The notes beneath the pieces were generated by a model that made no database searches, had not been told where the DNA came from, and saw nothing but the letters and a program-made list of their open reading frames with translations. The position numbers and the translations under genes were made by a program. A DNA stretch of 64,000 nucleotides from Eledone cirrhosa (lineage: Eukaryota): the NCBI GenBank assembly GCA_964016885.1, contig OZ024741.1:153512001-153576000 (forward strand), written 5' to 3'. Below are positions 26,590 through 41,603 of the stretch, piece by piece (the first letter of the stretch is position 1; every line of letters begins with the position of its first letter).

Positions 26590-27760
26590 ATCATCATCGT
26601 TTTTACGTCTGCTTTTCCACGCTTGCATGGGTTAAACAGGTCCTTCTCAGCACGGCATCTTTTCACACATCGCGATGCTTTATCATCGCCCCTGTAAGTC
26701 CCAGTGATTTGAGGTCAGCTCTCACAACCTCTGCCCAGGTCTTTCATGGTTTACTTCTACCGCGACTTCCTTCCACTGGCATTTCACCCAACGATCATTG
26801 TCCATGCACATCACATGTTCAAACCAATGCAGTCTTCTCTCCAGCACACCACCTTGGATTCATCTTAAACCCAGCTTCTCCTTCAACTCGTCCAAGCTCT
26901 GCCTTTCTCTCACACTTACATTGCATGGCTGCTTCATTTCTCTCCAGTCTACGCATGTCCTCTGCAGTTACAGCCCATGTTTCATTACCATGCAACATCG
27001 CACTTTGCACACAGGTGTCATACAATTATCTTTTTGTATGAAGGGAGAAACCTTTTGTAGTCAACAGTGGGAGTAGCTCTCTGAACTTTTTCTATCCTAT
27101 CCGTATTCTATTATGCTCTCAAAGCACCCTCCGCCATTGCTAATTATGTTGCCTAGATAGCAGAAGCTATCAACTACTTCTATGGGTCCTTCCTGTGACT
27201 GGTAAGGCTTACATCATTGGCTATTTTCCCCAAACTGCATCTTGTCTAATTTGACTCTTTCTCTAATTAGTTACGCTACTACTCTTTCCGCCACTTTCAT
27301 AACTTGGTTAATTAGTTTTATTCCTCTATAGTTGCTCCTCTCTAGGGCATCACCTTTGCCCTTGTAGCAATTTACAATTGTACTACTGCAACAGCCATTG
27401 GGTATGATGCCATCCTGTATTACCTGATTGACTATACAGGTTACTAGTTTGACTCCTACTTCTGAATCTTTTAGCATCTCCGCAGGTATCTCTGATGGTC
27501 CTGCAGCTTTACCAATTTTCATCTCTGATTGATTTTTTAACCCTGTTGGGTAGGTAGGTGGTAGTTTCTCTTCCTCCTATTCATTCTCTACATTTGGAGC
27601 ATCAGTGGAACTAAATGCACCAGTGTCATTTCTAACACACTTTTCACCAACATCACAATTTACACTGACACGCTGCCTTGCAATGCGGAATACTTCATGT
27701 CTCAGGATGTTGGCAAACTTTCTTTCTTCAGCCTCTCTCCAAGCTGTGTATACTTGTTAT
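26590..27760 (-). mobile_element. RTE-clade LINE remnant (RT region and 3' tail)
   Basis: MKIGKAAGPSEIPAEMLK..YKGKGDALERSNYRGIKL and AMLHGNETWAVTAEDMRRLERNE, with a (GAT)n tail at about 26590-26600. Confidence 0.85.
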
Positions 27761-28459
27761 TTAAGATGGGAGCTATCAGAAGAATTTTTGCCTCTTGGTA
27801 TTGAGAATCCTAGCTATGCCAATGACTCTAAACCCCTTCAGTAGTACCAAAAATATTTATATATCTTCTGTTTTGTATGTCTGTTAGCTAAACAGTTGTA
27901 TGTTATTTTCTTTCTGAAAAGTAAAATAGAAATATTAGATGTGTACTCTGTCTGAAACCTCCTAAATCCTGATAAAAATGTTTGACCAACTTTCTACTAT
28001 TAAAATGTTAAATGCCTCACAACTATATAAAAAAAAACTTTCCATGATCAATTTTAAGCCAGAACAAATACCATAAGATATTCTGACATTCTAACAACTT
28101 TGCTAATCCATTGCCATGAACTTGTACCATATTTCATTAACCCCAAATGAATGAAAGACAGTTGACTTTGGTGAGATTTGGACTCAGAGCCCAGGGTACC
28201 TGAACAAATACTGTAAGATAATCTGATGCTCTAACGACTCTGCCAACCCACTTTCATATACTGATACTATATTTTATCAATGCGAAATGGATGAAAGGCA
28301 ATGTTGACTTCAGTAAGATTAAACAGAGAGCCTGAACAAATGATACAAGATATTTTGATAGTCTAACGACTGTCAGTTCCCCATGGTGTATTAAATACTG
28401 TGTATACTTGCATGTACGCCAAGAAATATGTGACAAAAAAATTATGGTAAATATTCAAG

Positions 28460-28632
28460 GTCAATATTTTGCCGATTTTTCACCAACTTCAACTCTACAT
28501 AAATAAGGTGCTAAAATAACTGGAGTGATTATTTTACAATGAAACACTTTTTTTTCTACATTTACTACATTGTCATTGGTATTATTTCCAACACATTTTT
28601 TATCATTATAACTTTTTAATACATAAATATTC

Positions 28633-28688
<56 letters not shown>

Positions 28689-29185
28689 CACGTACACACA
28701 TACATGCATGCATACGTGTCAACTGATTTGAAATCTCACTTGTATTTTATTTCTCTTGCTCCCTTCTCTCACTCTGCCTCTCCTCTCTCTCACTTGCTGT
28801 CTATCCCTCCCTCTTCTACTATATGAATCCCTATACAAAGTTCTCTTAGTCAGCTTTCAACTACTCCCAGCATGTGAGTGGCTGGAAGTAAACAAAACTT
28901 CAAGAAACTTATTGAAATTATATAAGATGAATGAAATGGTAAAAAAGCATTACATAATGGAGTTGTGAAACAAAACTATACTCTAAACGACACAAAACAT
29001 TTTAAACATCAAAATATTAAAACTTCTTAAATATATTCTATGCTCATGAGAATTTCAAAACCACACTATCTAAAAATAATGCGTTGATTAGCTGCCTCAG
29101 CTTATAAACAGGCTTTTGATTTTTGCCCATTTTTCAAGCATAAAATAGGGAAGTTTGCTTATATTTGAGTATTTGAGTATATAAG
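28460..29185 (-). mobile_element. Inverted copy of the Tc2/pogo-like element at 11417-12365
   Basis: Reverse-complement similarity across about 700 bp. FQLLPACEWLEVNK appears in ORF 11649-11831 (-) and ORF 28756-28968 (+). Confidence 0.8.
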
Positions 29186-29726
29186 ATATATACTCAAACA
29201 TCTGAAACCAAATTTTCTAAAGAATTCTTAACTTCTGTCTGTAAATATATTGTAACCCAGGAACATTTTAATTACATTTTAGTTTTATATTGAATTGGTT
29301 CATGTTTAGGTCGACCTTTGTATATGGTATTTAACCTCCCTATAACATTCTAAAAAATATATATGTGCAACATGTAATTGATGGATCTTTTTGTTTTCAC
29401 AGCTTCTTCATTCTCTTAGTTCTTGACTCTCTATTTCAATATTATTGATATAAGAAATATCAGTGACCTTGTGAACTGTAATAGAATTTAATCCTTCTCT
29501 GGCCATATTTGTATCAAGAATTATGATTTAGCGAAATATTTAACTACTGAAATCAAATAATCATCATGGTTTGACTGGTGGGCTGTCATGTTAGGAGTTT
29601 AAACAGTTCAAGTGACTACATCATGTTCAAAATTATATTTCAAGGGGTGGCTAAAGAGGAGAATAGATGTTTGTATTTCTTTTGTTTGTGTTTGTTTTTC
29701 CATGTGCACTTTTACTTATATTTATA

Positions 29727-30811
29727 CTAGCGACCTCCTGGCCTTCACCCTGGTCTGTACTATGCTCAAATCTATTCATAAGGCACCTATTGGCATCTAT
29801 AGTAATGCTCATTTTCCTTAAAAGGTATTTAAATATTGCAGAACATAATTAAAAAAATTTATTTAGACTATCTAAATACAGAAACAGCCTTCTTCTAGAT
29901 GGGGACTGACAACCTGCAGTATTTGACCTTGGGACATTTGGAATGAAAGAGAACATCTGTTGGTATTAGTGGTATTCTAGGTATATATACAATGTCTTGC
30001 TTACCATATCCAGTGAGGATTTTGGCTTCGATAATGTGAGGCTGTAGTTCAAATTACAACCATATGTGTCTCGTTGCACAGTCATGGCTAATCCAGGTTT
30101 CTGTGCCCTTACACAGTTCAAGGTTGTGTGGCAGCATACTGGACGGTTCCAGACTGTTAAGAAATTCAATGAGATAATGAACAGCTTTGTCTTTGTCAAT
30201 AGATTTATAGGTCTGGCTACCTCCAGGGATCATTTGTGAGAGTTTTTGTTGATGGCATTCAATGTGATGTTTTGAAGAGTAAGGATTGCTCTTTCACGCA
30301 GCCACTCCTCAGAATGGTGGATTTTGAAATCGGGGGAACACTTAAGTTTACAATGCTTTCCACAACAGCACAAAATGATCCTTCAGTATCAAGGGATTGC
30401 TTTTAATATTTAAATGGTTGAGAGGTGCTTATCTGTAATGCCACAGGTCCCGCTCCCTTCCTGCCTCTATTATTCCCACTGAAGAAATCTCCAAGGGTCC
30501 CCCTGCCCAATTCCATTTTCAGAGAGAAGGTGATTGTAAGCATGCTGAAAAGACCTGGAAAAAAATTTGATCCCTAGCAAGTGGTTTTCTATAAATATAA
30601 ACAGCTGAGAGGTGCTTATCTGTAATTCTGAGGGTCCCTCACACATACTGCCTTCGTTTTCAGAAAAAGGAGTCATTGGCAAGTGAATCAGATGTCAGAT
30701 CGGCCAAAAGCAAGTGAAAAAACTTAATAAAACCTCCTGAAGAAATCTCTGAGACTGGGAAAATACAAGGGTCAGCCCCTTGCAAACCCTCTCTACTGCT
30801 GATATATTAGT
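29727..30811 (-). mobile_element. Helitron deletion derivative with a PIF1-like helicase remnant
   Basis: Minus strand WLRERAIL, IEFLNSLEPSSMLPHNLEL and PHIIEAKILTGYGKQDIVYIPRIPLIPTDVLF. 3' end has a degenerate hairpin then CTAG|T at 29727. The 5' boundary is approximate. Confidence 0.8.
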
Positions 30812-31966
30812 TGTTTGAAGTTGGACATTTCGTCGGGCATATTTCATTTTTGTAGCACAAACATGGCAGCATCAGAACCATTGTTGATGTATTTGCACAT
30901 ATACTTTTTAGGTTCTTCCTTCCGCCACCATTCTATTATATATTTATATATTATAGCCATATGCACTTTTCTGCGGCCTGAAAATAAGGATGTAGCAGAA
31001 TATTATAATGTTCAATTTCATTTCATGGTTGAGATTGTTTAAAGCGTTTGCTATATAGCAGGGAAATGAAATGTTAAATGGTAATAGTGATGATCATTAT
31101 TCTTTCAGCATATTTTCAATAATGTTAACACAGTCAAAATATAAAAGCAAAGAGAAGGGAACTGATATTTTCTCATGAACAGAAGTGTTAGCACATTCAT
31201 TATTATCATCATCGTTTTTACATCTACTTTCCATACTGACATAAGTTGGATGGGTTGTCACATTCTGAGGTTAGACCAAGCAGGTGACCCATGACTTGCT
31301 CATTCATTTTGCTCACACATTCACTTCTTGTCATAAAAATAATAGATAACAGCCATTAAGAAAGAAGAGTTAGCAAGTGTTTATCAAAGAATAGTTTTCA
31401 AAAATGTTCTCAGTACTACCTATGTAGACTCGGGATAAATATAGTTGTTTTTTTTAAATAATGTATTTCATGATTTGTTAATTATGTTGGTTTCAACCTG
31501 GTAACTATAATATATATTACAGTAATATTAATAATACACATAGAACTAAGAATAATAAAGACCACCACCAATTGGTACCATAATGATATATGGCTGGACA
31601 ATATGGGAGAATGCTCTCCAATAGCTTTCAAAATAATCACAGAATTTCCAATTTTTACTTGTAAATATTATTTGTAGAAAACTCCAAGCTAAAGAGAATT
31701 TGTTGTAAGGTTTCAAAAGAATTTCAATAAGAGATCTCACTAAAACTGAACCAAGGGGCAACATTGGTGTATTAGAAACTTGGCTCGGAAAAATTTTAAT
31801 CATACAAGAGAAACATGGTAAAATATTGAAAACTTGCTTTATTTTCATGAAGGCTGTTTGGTAACTAATCTTATTTTCATCTAAAGATATGTTAGTGCCA
31901 TTCTAATACTTCACTGTCATATTTGTCATCTTTATCATCTAATTACTTCCCCAACTTTGATTTCAG

Positions 31967-32074
31967 GTCCAAAGAAAGATGCACAAGCTGCCAGAGAATT
32001 CATATTGCGAATGTTTGTTGATTTAAACCCAGATCCTGATAAAATTATATATAGTCATTTCACATGTGCAACAG
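31967..32074 (+). CDS. GNAQ: Gq alpha alternative exon 7A (canonical type: alpha4, beta6, TCAT)
   Basis: tgatttcag|(G)[35 protein letters not shown](D)|gtatgt. 108 nt, phase 1-1, no stops. Very close to standard Gq sequences. Confidence 0.95.
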
Positions 32075-32130
32075 GTATGTCTTGTTAACATTGTTTGTTT
32101 CACACACCATCTGTATTCGTCTGATTTCAG

Positions 32131-32238
32131 GGCCCAAGTGTGATTATAATGCTGCTCGAGAGTATATGATGGATTGCTATATGGACCTCAATGAAGATAA
32201 GGAAAAAATGCTTTATTACCATTATACTTGTGCAACAG
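32131..32238 (+). CDS. GNAQ: Gq alpha alternative exon 7B (divergent, probable photoreceptor type)
   Basis: tgatttcag|(G)PKCDYNAAREYMMDCYMDLNEDKEKMLYYHYTCAT(D)|gtatgt. 108 nt, phase 1-1, no stops, 19/36 residues identical to 7A. Resembles the squid retinal Gq segment (from memory). Confidence 0.93.
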
Positions 32239-34559
32239 GTATGTGAGACTAAGCACAGACAAAAATAGGAGAATAGTAGCAGTCAGCACAGTTGTCTCCC
32301 TTCGCTGTTCACCTAGCCAACTCTATGAAGTAGTTTTCCATGTCACATCTTATATCTTAATTGTGAAGAAATATGGCTGACGTTTCCACTCCTGGCTTTC
32401 CATCAACAGATTTGGTCTCCAAAATATATATTTCCCTTAGTAGTACAATATAATTATGGTATTTGAATTTAATGCTTTTTTAGATTTTAGTCACTGTAAC
32501 TTCAAAAATGCACAAATACTGCAAAAAAAGCCCCTTGTTGAAGTTTGTATAATTTAATCCTTAAATGTTTAGCTCTGGTATTTTGTAGTAACCTCCAAAC
32601 TTTTGTCGTTCTTTCCCAGCTGTTTAAATGTTTTTCTTTTAGAATTAAACCCCTTTAATTAGAAATTAGTTTTCAAAATGAAAAAAGTTCCCCTTATTTT
32701 GGTGCTTGCTTTTAATGTGAAAAAAAATTGGCGTTCTGCAAAAAAAAAAAATTATCAATGTTCATGTTGAAAACAATTGAATATTAACTTATAAATTCAT
32801 GATTGTGTAAGTGTTTTGCAAAAAAATTTTAAATTGTTAAGACTTGAATCAAGCTAATATAACTGCTTAATAGACAGTTGGTAGAATATATGACACGCGT
32901 GTGTATTGTATCACAGTTTTTAGAATAGGTACGCTGTATCTCTGTATCTTGCAAGAGGCAACTAAAAAGGTGCATGTCAGGATGGCGGCTGTGTGTGTGT
33001 AGGAAATAAACTGACCAGTTTATCTATTTTGCTATAGTGAAAAACTAAAACTTTAATCTGTTGATGTTCAACTGAACAAGCTTCAAACAAATTTGTGAAG
33101 GAAGAAAAATATCATACAAAATAGATGAACAAATCTGATATTGAAATACAAACAAATTAAGATTAACAGAAAAGCTTGATTTTTTTTTTTTTTTTTTTTT
33201 TTTCCCTCTCTAAATACCTTCTTTTTTTTTTTTGCTGTTTAGTCAGGGAAAGAACACTTAAGCTGTCTAATCCATGCATGCATGGAGAGCTGGATATATT
33301 TTACAACATAGTACTAAGCACAGCTCACTCTCTTCAGGCCACCTCTATGACATGTCAGTGCTCTTTCCCCTCACTTCCATTGTAAGCAACATGTAGCCTG
33401 ATATCTTTTTACATGACAAAACACACCCAGTCCACCCTACATGAGTCACAGTAGTACCACAACAAAAAGCATCCCATCCACTCTGTCTTGGGGTCATGAC
33501 TGGTACCTCAACAAAAAGAACCCAGTCTACCCTCTACAGTGGTCATACTGGTGCCACAAGAAACACATCCTGTCCACTCTGTAAGATGGTAGCATTGATT
33601 CCACAAAAAAGCACTCAGTCCACCCTGTAGAGTGCTGGTGCCAGGAGAAAATCACTCTGGTGCTTGGCATTAGGAAGGTTATCCAACTGTAAAAAACTGA
33701 GCCTAAAATGGAATGTATGAGCAAGATGTGGTTACTTAACCTGTCTAGTCTCATAATATGGCAGCCTGTCTAACTAATGCAAGTATGAAAAACATACATT
33801 AAACAGTGATGATAATGATGATGATTGGCATATAGATATTCATCATCATCAAGGTCCACTTACCCTTCTAGCAAGTGTTGGATGGGTTTTCACTGACCAA
33901 GTCAGTACTGATGTGGGGCTACAGACCCCACCCCCACCCCCAGACAGGCCAGGAGATCACATCACTTACATAGGGTTCCACATTCTCCCAGGTGCATTTT
34001 ATCATTGCACCACCACTAGAGAGCTTGTCATATCTTTGACACAACTGGAAGGGTCTCCTAACCCTTTGGTTGGGTGCCCTTCCTATACCCCAACCACCTT
34101 ACAGAGTGTACGGGGTGCATTTTCGTGACACCACTAGAGAGGTTGTTGGTCATAGTCCCACCTGAAGAGCACTCTCTGCTCTGTGGAGTTTGTATGGGGG
34201 ATGATAGGTGTATAGCAAGGTTATGAGTAAGGGGAAGGCATGACTGATAGTATAAGGGAAGAGGGTATGTAGTGGTGTGGTCAATAGTGTGCATGGGGGT
34301 GATGGAGAAATAGCTGGAGGAGGTGTACATGGGGTAGGGAGTAGCTAATAGGGTGCAATAGTGAGGATATTTAAGGGCTTTAGAGGGGGCGTAGTTAAGA
34401 AGTGGGGGTTGGGGAGCCTCATGGATGTGTCAGGTCACATTGTATGCTTTTGCCTGGGTCTTTATCATCACAGCTTAGCACCAGCTTAGTTTCTTGAGGT
34501 TGGTCTTCACTACTTTGTCCCTAGCCTTGCTGGGTCTGACTCTTCCACTGGGATTTCTT

Positions 34560-35200
34560 TGTGCAGATGTAGGCTGTGTACTAGAGGTGAGATGGAGGGA
34601 TGCCTCAGCATAGTTACAAGCCTGTCTGGGTAAGAAATGATGATGGGGTTTGATGATCTGCCAACCATCTAATCACCTACCAATTAGGCAAACAAAAGAG
34701 CTGGGTTGACTACTTACTGGTAAGACAAGATAGACAGACAGTTATAAATGCTAATACCTTCCCTGATGAAAAATGTGCTGCCCAACGCAAGTTAATTATT
34801 AGTGACATCAGAATAAACACGAGACGAAACAAAACACGCAAGAATATATGCTAACGGAGAGTATGGAAGTTAAAGAGCCTTTCTGTTAAATATTGGTTTA
34901 GAAAGGCTCTACGGGAGGCATATTAAGTGAGGGGAGATGAACTGGATACATTTGACATGGATCACAATTGGAAATTCTTACGAGACAACCTACTGCGAAC
35001 TACTGACTTGTGGCTGAAGCAAAGCACCAACTAGGCAGAGGGTGACCTGGTGGTGGAACAGTATAGTTGAAAGAGCCATTAATGAAAAAAAACTGGAAAA
35101 ATTAGGATAGCAAAGACCAGGTAGCCAAAAGTGAAGCTGCATGACAGGTATACATAGCTCAGAAACGGGATGAAAGAAGGTGGTTTGCAAATGTCTTGTG
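34560..35200 (+). mobile_element. RTE-clade LINE remnant (end of APE endonuclease and linker)
   Basis: VDYLLVR..NANTFPDEKCAAQRKLIISDI..RRVWKLK..RVTWWWN, degenerate. Confidence 0.6.
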
Positions 35201-35696
35201 ACATAAATAGCATTGAATATATTCTTATAAGGGGTAATTTTCTGTCCAAATTCCTTTTTTATGTATTATACTTAGTGGTTAGATCGTTGGACTTATGATC
35301 CTAATGTTGTGAGTTTGATTCTTGCTCCAGTCAGCTCAGCTGAAAATGAGTGCTAGCAGTAGCTGAGAGTTAACCTGTATTATTCTCAGTCACATATTGT
35401 TAATGAAGATGAGCCTCAAGACTTGGAGCAAACTTTAACTAATGATTTAGATCTGAATATTGTTTTGTTAATTGTCTAATTGTTTGTTGTTTTTATTGCA
35501 ATCTGTCTGTAGCCATTCTTTTGTTCTATGAATTGTTGCATCATTTAAACATAGTTGCTTTTTCAGATGAGGCTTCATTCCTGGTATTAACAGTATTGTA
35601 AGAACTCATTATTTTTTATTTTTTTCCCCCACCAACCATTATTTTTATTTTAACACAAGCAAGAAAATACTTTAATATATTTCTTTCTCATTGCAG

Positions 35697-35779
35697 ATAC
35701 TGAAAACATCAGATTCGTGTTTGCAGCCGTAAAGGACACTATCTTGCAATTAAATTTGAAGGAGTACAACTTGGTCTGA
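35697..35779 (+). CDS. GNAQ: Gq alpha terminal coding exon 8 (alpha5 helix and stop)
   Basis: ttgcag|(D)[29 protein letters not shown]. The C-terminus LKEYNLV is diagnostic of the Gq family. Confidence 0.98.
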
Positions 35780-36195
35780 TTGGCTGAAGTATGGGAGCGC
35801 TTCTTGCGCCAACAGGCTGACGATGCCCGGCCATCATGCCTACTGCTACTCCTCTTCAGCAGCGGCTTTTTGTAAAAGTGTCCTTGTCATTATTAATGAC
35901 TAAACGCATTTGAAAACTAAAATCAAAGGTCGTTGTTGTTGTAAACAACAATTTATATGCCAAACTTTAATTCCCCTGCCTCGCATTAACACTGAGGATA
36001 AAAAAAACACCAGGTTTGAGAGTGACTACGACGGACAAATGTTGTGGCTGAGATATTCTGGCCATTTCACAAAAGTGGCCCAACAAACTGGTTACGATGC
36101 TAAATAATGACATCAGTTTGGTGATATATTGGTTAGAATAAGTATTGGGAGGTAAATAATTACAGGCCTGTTAGTCCAATGTCGCTCCCTTTTTA

Positions 36196-36229
36196 CTCCT
36201 CTCTCTTTCTCTGTCTCTCTTTCTCTCTT

Positions 36230-36285
<56 letters not shown>

Positions 36286-36359
36286 GTTCTGTATGTTATT
36301 GTGTGGTGATTGCTTGGCAGTTCTTCACTGTTGACAAAAACTATACAGAAATATATAGC

Positions 36360-36425
<66 letters not shown>

Positions 36426-36572
36426 CAGTGTATGTGTGTGTGTATATAAGTGTAATTACGTGCATTTATTCAGGCATATACATATTTGTGTGTTTGTGTG
36501 CATGTGTGCGTGTGAATGTGCATATGCCTGCGTGTGTTTTATATATGTATATATGTATGTGTATATATATAA

Positions 36573-36619
<47 letters not shown>

Positions 36620-37110
36620 TATATGTATATATAAATATATATATGTGTGTGTGTAATGTATATGGGTGTCTGATTGAATGACTGTATGAGGGTATAGGAT
36701 GTATATACATATGTATATTAACTATATGCACAGTGTATATCTGTGTGGGGTTTCACATGCAGGCATACATATCCATCCAAACATACATGAAAGCAAATTT
36801 GAAAAAAAAAATGGAAAAAAAAAGTGGAAAACTCTCTTTAAAAAAAGCAAACCAACAAAAAAAAAACATGAAGAAAAAGAATCCAAAGTATGCAACTTGT
36901 TAAATTTACTTCAGTAGCATACTTTACTTATCTACTCTACTCTCTCTGGGGCATGCTTGATTGGTAGGTGGGTGGGGTGCTGTGGGGTAACATGGCTTTG
37001 TGTATCCTAGGGCTTGCTCAGCCAGCTCGGCCAGGCCAGCCAGCACCAAAAGTAGTTTACTAACATACCAGGCTATTTGGTTATTCATGAATATATATAC
37101 ATATATATAA

Positions 37111-37144
<34 letters not shown>

Positions 37145-37265
37145 ATGTGTATATATGTACGTATATATGTGTATGTATATATTTATGTATATATATATAT
37201 ATGCGTGTGTGTGTGTATATGTATCTATATATATGTATATATACACACACACACACACACACATA
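36196..37265. repeat. Cluster of (CT)n, (TA)n and (TG)n microsatellites downstream of the stop codon
   Basis: Visible at about 36196-36280, 36365-36655 and 37090-37265. Confidence 0.9.
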
Positions 37266-37861
37266 TAAAAGTAAACCAGTCACACCCTTGGTTTACCTTA
37301 GATAAAACAAAATTTCAGTAGTATATTTTTTGTTTGTCCATTTTTATTTTTTTAAATTCCTTCTTTGTCCTTTACTCTCCTCCTGACCCTCCACCTCCTC
37401 CCTTGGGTTACAATGTATGCCTATATATTAAAAAAAAACATCAATTTGGGATGATCCGAGCAAAACTTCATCTTGAATTGATTCATTAAGAATTTTTTTT
37501 TTTTTTTTTTTTTTTTTTTATGCAATCAATGACGAAAATTTAACAACTGAAAGTTGAAAAATTATCCTAGTTTGAAAAAAAGAAAAAAATTTTAAAAATA
37601 ATAAAAAAAAAAAAACTAATATAAAAGTTTTCAGAAAAAAAAAAATAATAAATGCACAAAACAGGGGATAGGTTTTTCCTCTGCCCCAACTTTAAAAACT
37701 TGTAATATTTGAAGACAAAAAAATATTTAGCTCTTTCTTATTTTTTAATTTAATTTTTCTTTGGCTATATAAATTCTAGCAAACTCTTGCAAGAACAAGC
37801 CAATTTGTTTTTTAGCCAGGGATTTAGAAGAAAAAAACTGTTTAAACTTTGTCTCTAATGT

Positions 37862-41603
<3,742 letters not shown>

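Noticed and set aside
31967-32238. Exon 7A/7B as an assembly duplication or a pseudo-exon
   Set aside because: The copies are only about 53% identical in protein, yet both keep length, frame, splice sites and the TCAT motif. That pattern indicates old duplication under selection.
32101-32275. Docking/selector RNA pairing between the 7B acceptor (tctgtattcgtctg) and downstream cagacaaaaatagga
   Set aside because: Only about 5 contiguous base pairs, not distinguishable from chance without covariation data.
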